A stretch of 64,000 nucleotides of DNA, from positions 3,616,001-3,680,000 of the forward strand of contig CBDCTK010000002.1 in assembly GCA_965222225.1 (NCBI GenBank), in the 5' to 3' direction. How positions within the stretch are numbered: position 1 is the stretch's first letter; the number at the start of each line of letters is the position of its first letter. The notes below the pieces were generated by a model. It was not told the DNA's origin. It did not search any database and saw nothing but the letters and a program-made list of their open reading frames with translations. This document shows, piece by piece, positions 32,949-42,572 of this stretch. Origin of the DNA: Candidatus Poribacteria bacterium. Its GTDB lineage: Bacteria; Poribacteria; WGA-4E; JAJDTR01. The position numbers and the translations under genes were made by a program.

Positions 32949-33689
32949 TTACATAACCATTCCGCCATCAACCTGGATGACTTGACCTGTGATATATCGA
33001 GATGCATCAGAAGCCAAGAACAGGGCTAATTCCGCCACATCTTCCGGTGTGCCGAATGTGGCTAACGGAATCATGGCTCGGATTCGCTCCAGTTCCGTCT
33101 CGGATAAATTGGCAGTCATGTCCGTGGTAATAAAACCGGGGGCAATCGCGTTCACAGTGATGCCCCTGCTGCCAATCTCCTTTGCCATTGATTTTGTCAG
33201 ACCGATAATGCCGGCTTTAGAAGCCGCATAATTGGCTTGACCTGCATTGCCCATCAGTCCAATGACCGAGGATACGTTGATGATTCTGCCACTTTTCTGC
33301 CGCATCATCGTCCGAAGTACGGCACGAGCGCAGTACATCGTGCCCGTCAGGTTGGCATGGAGGACGGTTTCCCAGTCCTCATCCTTCATGCGCATCAGAA
33401 GAGTATCCCGGGTAATGCCCGCATTATTTACCAAGATATCTATGCGCGAAAACTCTTTGAGTGTCAGATCCACTAATGCTTCGACATTGCTTTTCTGCGA
33501 CACATCTGCTTGCGTAAGTTTCGCGCTATAACCTTTTTCCACCAATGCCTCGGCAACCGCGCCAACTGACGCTTCGGAACGCGAGCAAAGCATTACGCTC
33601 GCTCCTTCCTCACAAAATTTTTGGGCAATTGCCGCGCCAATGCCACGTGAGGCACCTGTAACTATTGCGACTTTGTCGTGAAGTTGCAT
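32949..33689 (-). CDS. fabG: 3-oxoacyl-ACP reductase
   Basis: TGASRGIG, NNAGITRD, YAASK, and position in the fab operon. Confidence 0.96.
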   Translation of the reverse strand: MQLHDKVAIVTGASRGIGAAIAQKFCEEGASVMLCSRSEASVGAVAEALVEKGYSAKLTQADVSQKSNVEALVDLTLKEFSRIDILVNNAGITRDTLLMRMKDEDWETVLHANLTGTMYCARAVLRTMMRQKSGRIINVSSVIGLMGNAGQANYAASKAGIIGLTKSMAKEIGSRGITVNAIAPGFITTDMTANLSETELERIRAMIPLATFGTPEDVAELALFLASDASRYITGQVIQVDGGMVM

Positions 33690-33694
33690 TTGAA

Positions 33695-34636
33695 TTAGTT
33701 GGAATTGATTGATTCTAAGGTTTTCTCAAGACTCTTAACATCCTCGACATTTGAACAAATTGCATTGTCAAGGATTCGGCGAACCAATCCACAAAGGACT
33801 TTGCCAGGCCCCAGTTCCACAAAGTGTGAAACACCGGAGTCACCTATCAATCGAATCGACTTTTCCCACTGCACGGGGCTGATAACTTGGTCGACCAGCA
33901 GTTGGCGAATCTCACCGGGTGAGGGCACATAATAGCCCGTGACATTTGCGACAAACTCTGTCTGAGGGGGTTGAAAATCGAAATCGCCAATCACCGACTG
34001 GAGCTGCATAGCCGCCGGTTTCATCAATGCCGAATGAAACGCACCGCTAACGGGGAGCAAACGGCAGCGCTTGGCACCAACCGTTTCCGATCCTCTTTCG
34101 ACAACGTTCTGTACAGCCGCCGCGTCGCCCGAAATGATTAACTGTCCCGGGCAATTGTAATTTGCAACTTGGACCACCCCGATTGATTGTGCTTCCGCGC
34201 AGTAATCATTGAGGGTATCCTCATTCAGTCCCAGAATCGCTGCCATGGCGCATGCTTGGCGCCTAGAGGCTTCCGCCATGAAACGTGAGCGGCATTGCAC
34301 AAGTTCCAATGCCTCCCGGAAGCTGAGCGCGTTCGCCGAAACCAGCGCGGAATATTCCCCTAGGCTGTGGCCCGCCACAACGCGCGGTGAAATTCCTATT
34401 TCCTGTACGACACGCAACGCTGCGATGCTGCATGTTAAAACGGCAAGCTGCGTGTTTTCGGTTTGCCGAAGTGCTTCCTCAGGTCCCTCAAAGCACAATT
34501 GACTTAATTTCCGGTTTAGAACCGAGTCCGCTTCATCAAACGTAGCGCGCGCTGCAGGATAGGCTCGTGCGAGTTCCAATCCCATCCCTACCTGCTGCGA
34601 CCCTTGACCTGGAAAAATGAAGGCAAATTTCGGCAT
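33695..34636 (-). CDS. fabD: Malonyl-CoA:ACP transacylase
   Basis: FPGQGSQ, GHSLGEY, VSGAFHS. Confidence 0.97.
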   Translation of the reverse strand: MPKFAFIFPGQGSQQVGMGLELARAYPAARATFDEADSVLNRKLSQLCFEGPEEALRQTENTQLAVLTCSIAALRVVQEIGISPRVVAGHSLGEYSALVSANALSFREALELVQCRSRFMAEASRRQACAMAAILGLNEDTLNDYCAEAQSIGVVQVANYNCPGQLIISGDAAAVQNVVERGSETVGAKRCRLLPVSGAFHSALMKPAAMQLQSVIGDFDFQPPQTEFVANVTGYYVPSPGEIRQLLVDQVISPVQWEKSIRLIGDSGVSHFVELGPGKVLCGLVRRILDNAICSNVEDVKSLEKTLESINSN

Positions 34637-34712
34637 ATCACCAATAGGCGTGGGCGAGAAGTGAATCGTTCCAGAACAACAGCTTTACAATCAGGGGCTG
34701 CGACATAGCCGC

Positions 34713-35702
34713 CTAGAGCTTTAGCAGCGTACTTCCCCACGTAAGCCCTGCTCCAAATGTCACTAGAAGGATGTTATCTCCCGGTTTTGCCCGTCCCTCG
34801 CGGATGGCTTCGTCAAGCGCGATAATCACCGTTGCTGCGGAGGTATTCCCGTATTTGTCAACATTTACGTACACCTTCTCGCGAGGAATACCGAGTCGCT
34901 CCCCTACTGCTTCAATAATGCGTAGGTTTGCCTGATGTGGAATCAACAGATCGATATCGTCAATCGTAAGCCCCGACTGCTCCAAGACGCGTTGAGCGGA
35001 TTCGGGCATGATGCGAACGCCTAGCTTGAAAACTTCGCGCCCGCGCATCTTTATCGCGTGCAGGTTTTGATCGATTGTTTCATGCGATGGAGGCAAACGA
35101 GACCCGCCGGCTGGTATGCCGAGCAAATCAATATCAGCATTATCGCCGTCCGACCCAATATACGATGCCATTATTCCCTTCGGCTCGTCCGTTGCGCGCA
35201 ACACCGCGGCACCGGCGCCATCGCCAAAGAGTACACAAGTGCTTCGATCTGTCCAGTCAAGAATTTTGCTGAAGACCTCGCCACCGATGACTAGGATGGT
35301 TTCGTAACGCCCCGACTTAATCATACCATCCGCGAGGTCAAGTCCATAAACAAAACCGGCGCACGCTGCCGAAAGGTCAAAAGCACACGCATTCTTCGCG
35401 CCGATCCCTTGCTGCACATAGCAACCCGTTGCCGGGAAAAAGGTATCGGGCGTCACCGTCCCAACAATAATCATATCAATGTCGAGAGGATCCACTTCCG
35501 CCGTTTTGATGGCTTGCCGGGCAGCGCGAACCGCCAGATCCGACGTAGCCATGTCGTTATCGGCAATTCGTCGCTCCACTATCCCCGTCCGTTTCCGAAT
35601 CCATTCATCGCTCGTATCGATCATCTTCTCAAGATCGAAGTTCGTTAAAACTGTCTCCGGGACATACGAACCGGTCCCGGCAATCGCAGCATATCGAGCC
35701 AT
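34713..35702 (-). CDS. fabH: Beta-ketoacyl-ACP synthase III
   Basis: AACAGF, FGDGAGA, PHQAN, GNTSAA, FGAG. Confidence 0.97.
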   Translation of the reverse strand: MARYAAIAGTGSYVPETVLTNFDLEKMIDTSDEWIRKRTGIVERRIADNDMATSDLAVRAARQAIKTAEVDPLDIDMIIVGTVTPDTFFPATGCYVQQGIGAKNACAFDLSAACAGFVYGLDLADGMIKSGRYETILVIGGEVFSKILDWTDRSTCVLFGDGAGAAVLRATDEPKGIMASYIGSDGDNADIDLLGIPAGGSRLPPSHETIDQNLHAIKMRGREVFKLGVRIMPESAQRVLEQSGLTIDDIDLLIPHQANLRIIEAVGERLGIPREKVYVNVDKYGNTSAATVIIALDEAIREGRAKPGDNILLVTFGAGLTWGSTLLKL

Positions 35703-35827
35703 TCTGATGATTCCTCAACCTGTATTTGTAATCTGTTATCCGTAGATGGTTGCAATACGGGGTTAGTGTTTTGCGTTACTGCCTGACCTTTACTCTCTCC
35801 ATGAGCAATCAACTGCCCTTCCGCTAC

Positions 35828-36028
35828 CTATGCTGACTCCTCAACGGTTTCCTTAACGATTGGTCTGCCTTTGTAATAGCCGCAACTAGGGCACACACGA
35901 TGGGACATAATCGTTTCTGCGCAGTTTGGGCATGTCGGAAAACTGAAGAATGGGAACCCTCGCAAGGCGTGATGGCTCCTTCGCATCTTTTTCTTTGACT
36001 TTGAAGTTCGGCGTTTTGGATGTGCCAT
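35828..36028 (-). CDS. rpmF: 50S ribosomal protein L32
   Basis: MAHPKRRTSK...CPNC...HRVCPSCGYY. Confidence 0.96.
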   Translation of the reverse strand: MAHPKRRTSKSKKKMRRSHHALRGFPFFSFPTCPNCAETIMSHRVCPSCGYYKGRPIVKETVEESA

Positions 36029-36308
36029 TTTTTATACGGTTCAAGGATGAACCAATTTACCTCCTTATCATAACACTCATAATGAAAACATACTGAATCT
36101 CATTTCAAAACAACGTTAAATGAGAAAACGAAAAAAATAACGAGCAGGATTTCCTATCGCCATCGCTATCAAAGATCCCTATCGTACTAGGATTTCTATC
36201 GTGGTCGCTGGGGAATCGCTATCGCCCTCGTTGTTCACTCGGTTAATCTTAGTTGATTCTTATTCAGTCGCTTAATCTTCATAGAATCCTATCGCGTTCG
36301 CTATTCGC

Positions 36309-36857
36309 TCACTTGATCTGTTCACCCTCCATTATCTCGGACCACAATTCCGATAACGCGGAAAATGGCGACGACGACTCTGCGGGTTCACGGCAGTTGC
36401 ATTCACCAATGTTGAGATTGGTGCCGCAACTAGCGCACAAACCTTTACATGACTCCGAGCAGAGCGGCCACTCCGGAATTTCAAGTATGAGCCCCTGGCG
36501 AGCATCTTCCGACAAATCTATCACATCGCCCGAATAGTGTCGCTCCCCAGCATCAATCAACCTCGGATCCATCTTCTCCGGGTCATCGACTTGGCAAAAT
36601 TGCAACTCCACCGCCGCTACAATTTCGGTTTGAAGCGATTCTATGCACCGGCGGCACTCAACCACAAGCGATGTCGAAAACTCCGCTTTTGTGTAGACAC
36701 TTTGGTTATGCCGTGAGAACTGAATATAACTATCAATCGGCGCAACAATCTTGAAATCCTCGCCTTCCAAAGCAAACTCTGAGGGCGACACTTGGAGTTC
36801 GCGGATGTCAAGATCGCCATCGGGAATCTCGTTGACAGGGAACTCTAACCCTTTCAT
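36309..36857 (-). CDS. yceD: YceD/DUF177 family protein
   Basis: C-R-R-C, LCSESCKGLCASCG.NLN, PFSAL. Lies upstream of rpmF. Confidence 0.9.
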   Translation of the reverse strand: MKGLEFPVNEIPDGDLDIRELQVSPSEFALEGEDFKIVAPIDSYIQFSRHNQSVYTKAEFSTSLVVECRRCIESLQTEIVAAVELQFCQVDDPEKMDPRLIDAGERHYSGDVIDLSEDARQGLILEIPEWPLCSESCKGLCASCGTNLNIGECNCREPAESSSPFSALSELWSEIMEGEQIK

Positions 36858-38077
36858 GGTACGACAATTCCTAGTTCAAATTCGTCGTGCACTGCACGCA
36901 CTGCTTGTTCCGTGTGTTGCTCATCAATCGCGCAGGATATCTTAATCTCTGAAGTGCTAATCATCTGAATATTGACGCCTTCCTTGCCAAGTGCGCTGAA
37001 CATCCGCGCGGCAATGCCAACATGGCTCTGCATCCCGATTCCGATTGCCGATATCTTCGCAATAGTCTTGTCGGTGCTGATACTCCGAAAATCTATGTCC
37101 GCTTTCAACTTTTCTACAATTCTAAGTGTTGGGGCTAAATCTTTTTCGGTGACTGTGAATGAAATATCCGCCGTCTCGTCTTGGCCCGCGTTTTGAATGA
37201 TCATATCAATGTTGGTGTTGGCACCTGCAACTTCTTGGAAAATCCGCGCGGCGATTCCTGGCGTATCCGGCAAACCAAGCAGCGAGATTTTTGCCTGATT
37301 CCTATCTGATGTCACACCACTAATAACAACTTCCTCTATCATGTCACTGTCGTTTATAACCATCGTACCTTCATCTTCATTGAAACTGGATCGAACATGG
37401 AGGGGAACATCGAATTTCTTTGCAATTTCCACCGATCGAGAATGTAGCACTTTCGCCCCGAGTTGCGCCATCTCGAACATCTCATCATACGTAATCCGGT
37501 TCAACTTCCGTGCGTTCGGGACGACACGAGGGTCCGCGGTGTAGACGCCGTCGACGTCCGTGTAGATTTCGCAACGATCTGCGCCCAACGTGGCTGCAAC
37601 TGCGGTAGCCGTGGTGTCCGAGGCGCCACGTCCAAGCGTCGTGATTTCGTTGTCAATACTCACGCCCTGAAACCCCGCCAAGATGACGATTTTTCCCTGA
37701 TCCAGTTCTGAAAGGATTCGCGTGTCGTTGATATGCTGAATTCTCGCCTCGCTGTAGAAACCGCCGGTAATTATGCCGACCTGCGTCCCCGTTAGCGAAA
37801 TGGCTTGGCACCCAAGCTCCGATACCGCCATGGCAAGTAGCGCGATGGAGACCTGTTCGCCCGTGGATAGGAGCATGGCGAGTTCACGGTCAGGGGGATT
37901 GGCGGATATTTCATGAGCCAGAAAAGTCAGTCGATCGGTTGTGTCCCCCATTGCTGAGACTACAACGGCGACTCGATGTCCCTCCTCATGTGTCCGCACA
38001 ATGCGTTTGGCGACGTTTTTGATTTTTGTTGCATCGGCAACGGACGTGCCACCAAATTTCTGAACGATAATCCCCAC
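36854..38077 (-). CDS. lysC: Aspartate kinase
   Basis: QKFGGTSV, TTLGRG.SD, YTDVDG, and two ACT domains. Confidence 0.95.
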   Translation of the reverse strand: MGIIVQKFGGTSVADATKIKNVAKRIVRTHEEGHRVAVVVSAMGDTTDRLTFLAHEISANPPDRELAMLLSTGEQVSIALLAMAVSELGCQAISLTGTQVGIITGGFYSEARIQHINDTRILSELDQGKIVILAGFQGVSIDNEITTLGRGASDTTATAVAATLGADRCEIYTDVDGVYTADPRVVPNARKLNRITYDEMFEMAQLGAKVLHSRSVEIAKKFDVPLHVRSSFNEDEGTMVINDSDMIEEVVISGVTSDRNQAKISLLGLPDTPGIAARIFQEVAGANTNIDMIIQNAGQDETADISFTVTEKDLAPTLRIVEKLKADIDFRSISTDKTIAKISAIGIGMQSHVGIAARMFSALGKEGVNIQMISTSEIKISCAIDEQHTEQAVRAVHDEFELGIVVP

Positions 38078-38146
38078 GCCTAGTATTCTCTTCTCCAGTT
38101 GGATTCCGACGTGAATCCGTTGTTCAATGCTACAACGGCGAATACC

Positions 38147-39472
38147 TCAGAACGCGACCTCTTCCTCAATCCTGATGAGCTGACTCGCCCCTTTAACGAC
38201 ATTGAGTGCGTCAATCTCCTTCATCGCAAACTGCATATTCTTCTCAGATGCCATATGAGTAACAATGACGAGGGACGCCGTCTGATCGGATTCATAGCGT
38301 TCTTTTTGGATAACCGATGCGATGCTGATACGATGTTCTCCCAGAATACTACTGATTTGTGCCAAAACTCCCGGTTTATCTTGCACAACCAAGCGAACGT
38401 AGTAACGTGTCTCAATGTCGTCAATAGGACATAGCGAGACTTCCGGTTTAGCGTCAGTTTGCCAAGCACGTGAAACCCGTGAATCCCTCTCGCCCAAAAT
38501 CGACTTCCCGGCATCAATGATGTCTGCTACGACCGCGCTTGCTGTTGGCATTTCTCCCGCGCCCTGACCGTAGAACAGCGTAGGACCAACAGCGTCGCCG
38601 ATAACGCATACGGCGTTGAAAGCGCCGCCGACGTTTGCCAGCAAACTTTGCATCGGCAGCAGCGTCGGGTGAACGCGAACCTCAACCCTTTTTGCCGAAC
38701 TCAACTTGCCAATGGCGAGGAGTTTAATGACATATCCGAGTTCCCGGGCATATTGAATATCCTGCTGGGCAATTTTCGTAATTCCCTCCACGTGAATATG
38801 TTCCGAGGGAGTATTCATGCCGTAAGCAAGAGCGGTAAGAAGTAGAAGTTTCTGAGCGGCGTCATGTCCCTCTATATCAAGCGTTGGGTCGGCTTCCGCG
38901 TACCCTTTGGCTTGAGCCTCCTTCAGAATGACCTCGAAATCCACGCCACCTTCGTGCATCTGGCTCAGGATATAATTACACGTACCGTTAATAATGCCGT
39001 AGAGCGATTGAATACGATTCGCGGCAAAACTCTCTCGCAATATCTTAATAATTGGGATCCCCCCCGCCGTGCTCGCCTCAAAGTTGAGACTGACGCGGTG
39101 TTCGTCGGCAAGCCGAAACAACTCTCCCCCGTGCTCCGCCAGCAAAGCTTTGTTTGCGGTGACGACGTGTTTGCCGTTTCGAATCGCTTTGCTAATAAGA
39201 TCCCGTGAGTCGGTCACACCCCCAATGAGTTCAACAACAATATCAATTCCCGGGTTGTCAACCACCTCGCTAGGGTCCGTGGTTAAACAGTCGTCAGGTA
39301 AGTCAATTCCATCACGCAGGGCGGGGAGTGTGCGCTTTGCAATTTTCTTCAATCGCAGTTCAACGCCCGCATTTTGTGAAATTAGACCACTTTGACCCAA
39401 TAAAATCTTGGAAACTCCTGTACCGACAGTTCCCCAACCAAGCAGCCCAACATTGACACTGGATTTGTCCAC
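38147..39472 (-). CDS. hom: Homoserine dehydrogenase
   Basis: GWGTVG, TANKAL, EAS.AGGIP, NGTCNY, GYAEADP, ACT domain. Confidence 0.96.
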   Translation of the reverse strand: MDKSSVNVGLLGWGTVGTGVSKILLGQSGLISQNAGVELRLKKIAKRTLPALRDGIDLPDDCLTTDPSEVVDNPGIDIVVELIGGVTDSRDLISKAIRNGKHVVTANKALLAEHGGELFRLADEHRVSLNFEASTAGGIPIIKILRESFAANRIQSLYGIINGTCNYILSQMHEGGVDFEVILKEAQAKGYAEADPTLDIEGHDAAQKLLLLTALAYGMNTPSEHIHVEGITKIAQQDIQYARELGYVIKLLAIGKLSSAKRVEVRVHPTLLPMQSLLANVGGAFNAVCVIGDAVGPTLFYGQGAGEMPTASAVVADIIDAGKSILGERDSRVSRAWQTDAKPEVSLCPIDDIETRYYVRLVVQDKPGVLAQISSILGEHRISIASVIQKERYESDQTASLVIVTHMASEKNMQFAMKEIDALNVVKGASQLIRIEEEVAF

Positions 39473-39798
39473 TAATGTACGATTCCTATTTCAATCAAGT
39501 GTCGCCAGTCCCTCCCGTAAAACGAATTTGCCGATTAGCATCGTTTTCGCAAGATCAGCGTCAATTACCAATTAGTCCATTAACAGCGTAGCTGGCCCAT
39601 AGATTCCGATGGATAAATGGAGGTGGGGTTGGCATCGGAGATTGCGGTGCCCTTGATGGCAATCACTCTTCTTCAGGAAAGCGAGCAGTCAACGCCATAG
39701 GACTGAATTGTTAGGAAAGAGACCTATAATCACTATCAGATGCTAGAGTAATCCAAAATTACTGTGGTTTCGGGTTGGCGCCCCATTCGTTTCGAAAG

Positions 39799-39872
39799 TC
39801 GGGGCGACTGGATTCGAACCAGCGACCTCTTGAACCCCATTCAAGCGCGCTTCCGGACTGCGCCACGCCCCG
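39799..39872 (-). tRNA. tRNA-Pro(GGG), CCA not encoded
   Basis: Reverse complement reads CGGGGCG-TGGCGCAG...CTTGA-ATGGGGT-TCAAG...GGTTCGAATCC...CGCCCCG-A. Confidence 0.97.
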
Positions 39873-39902
39873 TCCAACCTTCAACTCAAAAAACCCCCGT
39901 GA

Positions 39903-39931
39903 ATATTAACATTCACATAGGCGCATGTCAA
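39903..39931 (-). promoter_or_regulatory. Sigma70-type promoter of tRNA-Pro
   Basis: TTGACA-N17-TAATAT on the minus strand. Confidence 0.75.
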
Positions 39932-40059
39932 GAGAAAATAACTGCGCAGTCAGGGCAGTTGTATCTGATTTTGGGATGTAAGGACGTCCTCTACAACATT
40001 CTAGAGCAGAGAAAGTCAGAATTTGAAGCGGCTAAAGCCTACCATGAGAAACCGACAGG

Positions 40060-41709
40060 CTACCGAGCGTCCGGTGTTAGCTGAATCGGCAGTTTTCCCG
40101 GCGCGTCGCTTTCGCCGACCATCACTTTAACCGCCGCCAACACGGATTCGTAGTGTGCATCATAGGCGGCGAGGGACACCGAAACGTTTGGACAACGTTG
40201 AAGAGAATACGGCGATCCGAACGCCGCAACAATGATAGGTGTCTCTGTTTTGGTGCCGAATTGGTAAATCAGTTCTGCCTGTCGGTGATTTGAAATCCCT
40301 GCTATGACAACATTCACCGTTTCGGCTTGACGAGCCAATATCGGCAAAACCGTTTCAATATTCGGTTCCACCGGAATCATCGCGCTGATGCTGTTCGCAT
40401 ATCGCACCCTGAGCAAGTTAAATAGTAAAGGCGATGAACTGATAACCAGCGGACACGTGTCTGTGTTTAGCGGCATGATTCCGGATTGGTTTTCGACAAC
40501 CGTTATCGCCTGATCGGCAATGGTTGCGGCAATCCTCCGGTGCGTTTCGCTTCCGACCAACTCAATCGCTTTCGAGGGGGTAGCATCTTCCCAATCAGAT
40601 ACCCCAAACGCTGTCTTGTACTTCAAAATGCGTTCAACCGATTGATTGATTCTGTCTTCGGAGATTCTTCCACTCTTTACGGCTGAAACGAGTGCATCGA
40701 AAACCTCAAGCTGATTTTGGTACGTCCAAAGCGTGAGCACCATGTCCGCTCCCGCCGCAATTGCCATCACCACCGCTTCACCCGTTCTATAGCGTCTATC
40801 AATGGCTTTCATCTCCATGTCGTCCGTGATGATTAATCCATCGAATCCGAGTTCCTCACGCAATAAATCCGTCAATATCGGTCGTGAAAGTGTAGCCGGA
40901 CAATCCGCATCCAACGTCGAAAAGACAATATGAGCGGTCATAATTGCTGCGACTTTCGCCTCAATCACTGCACGGAAAGGCTTCAGTTCAATGGCTCGAA
41001 TGCGTTCTACATCATGGCTAACTGTGGGCAAATCCGTGTGAGAGTCAACTGTCGTATCACCGTGTCCGGGGAAGTGTTTCGCGGTCGCAAGAACGCCATT
41101 TTGCTGTAAGCCTTTGATATATGCACTCCCCAAGCGCGAGACCAAGTCCGGACCTTCACCAAAGGAGCGGCGATCGATTACAGGGTTACGCGGGTTGTTG
41201 TTGACATCCATAACCGGCGCAAAATTCAGGTTGATGCCGACAGCGGCAAGCTCGATTGCGGTAATTTTCCCCGCCTGCTCTGCCAATTCCGCCGACCTAG
41301 CCGCGCCCAGTGCCATATTCCCCGGAAGAACCGTTGCCCCGGTTTTTAACCGGGCGACCCAACCCCCTTCCTGATCGGTCGCGATAAAAAGCGGGATCCG
41401 GTGTTCGGTTTCCTGTGTCAGTTTTTGAAGGTCGGTGGTCAACCTTGCTAACTGCCGAGGGGATTGGATATTCCGTGCGAAAAGCGTTACTCCACCGACG
41501 AAGTGTTGGCTGATGTTCGATTTGATGTCGGCGTTGATACGGGTACCTTCAAAGCCAACGACAATCAACTGTCCGACTTTTTGCTCAATGGACATGTGTG
41601 CAATGAGTTGGTGCATCTTTTCCTCGGTTAGGGCAAGGTTCCGGGTGGGCGCCAACGAGTCAACAATGCGGCGGGAACAAACGAACGAAACGGGATAGAT
41701 GAAAAGCAA
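40060..41709 (-). CDS. nagZ: Beta-N-acetylhexosaminidase (GH3)
   Basis: DQEGG.V.R, KHFPGHG....DSH, IMTAH, ITDDMEM. Start codon uncertain. Confidence 0.9.
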   Translation of the reverse strand: MLFIYPVSFVCSRRIVDSLAPTRNLALTEEKMHQLIAHMSIEQKVGQLIVVGFEGTRINADIKSNISQHFVGGVTLFARNIQSPRQLARLTTDLQKLTQETEHRIPLFIATDQEGGWVARLKTGATVLPGNMALGAARSAELAEQAGKITAIELAAVGINLNFAPVMDVNNNPRNPVIDRRSFGEGPDLVSRLGSAYIKGLQQNGVLATAKHFPGHGDTTVDSHTDLPTVSHDVERIRAIELKPFRAVIEAKVAAIMTAHIVFSTLDADCPATLSRPILTDLLREELGFDGLIITDDMEMKAIDRRYRTGEAVVMAIAAGADMVLTLWTYQNQLEVFDALVSAVKSGRISEDRINQSVERILKYKTAFGVSDWEDATPSKAIELVGSETHRRIAATIADQAITVVENQSGIMPLNTDTCPLVISSSPLLFNLLRVRYANSISAMIPVEPNIETVLPILARQAETVNVVIAGISNHRQAELIYQFGTKTETPIIVAAFGSPYSLQRCPNVSVSLAAYDAHYESVLAAVKVMVGESDAPGKLPIQLTPDAR

Positions 41710-41808
41710 AATGTAAGAGATAATACCTGTTGCGTGAAACGTAGGAGCATAGTTGCGTAATCCGGTTGGTGATGGGTATGTATCTCCGACAGTCTACCTG
41801 TTCAGGTT

Positions 41809-42228
41809 TTAGAGATCAAAAATGACCTGAGCCCTCCACCCTCCGTCAGAGGACTGATGGACATCCAGTTGGTGATAGGTTACACTCTTGATTTCCGTGT
41901 ATACAACATGCCTTGTAAAATCTATGGGCTCACCGTAGGCACATGCGGATAGACATGTCTCGGAAAGTTCCGATATTTCAACATACTTTAAGAACACTTC
42001 ATCGACCTCATGTCTGAAGATTAGCTCAGCCAACCAAGCGACCATCAACTCCGCAACGGATTCCGCCTCGACATGGATCTGAAACTGTGCAATGGGATCG
42101 ATGGTATCTAGTACCGCGACCGTGTCAAGCAAGGCGTGCGCCGCATTCGTAAAGAGTTCTTGCAGCGTTTCTCCTCGAACTCGAATGCCAATATCGCCGG
42201 TGTGATCTATGTACTCAAACGCTCTCAT
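41809..42228 (-). CDS. Archease
   Basis: FEYIDHTGDIG...EIKSVTYH...VIFDL. Confidence 0.93.
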   Translation of the reverse strand: MRAFEYIDHTGDIGIRVRGETLQELFTNAAHALLDTVAVLDTIDPIAQFQIHVEAESVAELMVAWLAELIFRHEVDEVFLKYVEISELSETCLSACAYGEPIDFTRHVVYTEIKSVTYHQLDVHQSSDGGWRAQVIFDL

Positions 42229-42572
42229 AAATGGATAGAACTCGGTTTGGTCAACGCTAAAACTGTGTTGAGTTTAACAAACAACAGCCTGCATAACAAA
42301 AAAATGGGATTAAACGAGTGGATAGTGAGTGGGATTTTCTATCTGGATTAGCTATCGCCTTGGGATCTCTATCGCACTCGCTATCCGTTCGTTTGATGCA
42401 TCCGCTCAGTTGATCGGTAGAGATCCCCATGAGGTGTTTGACCACTAATTCCAAGCTTAAACCTGACCAGAATTAGCCCGATTTTATTTCTTAAATCTTC
42501 TTCATTTCTGTCTAGAGGATGAGGGTAAGTTCAAACAACACGGGAACTTATTTTGGAAAGATGTCTATTTCC

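Noticed and set aside
39480-39780. Lysine/SAM riboswitch or T-box upstream of hom-lysC (also ZTP before purD and preQ1 before queE)
   Set aside because: I could not find the conserved motifs by eye. An Rfam scan would be needed to exclude them.
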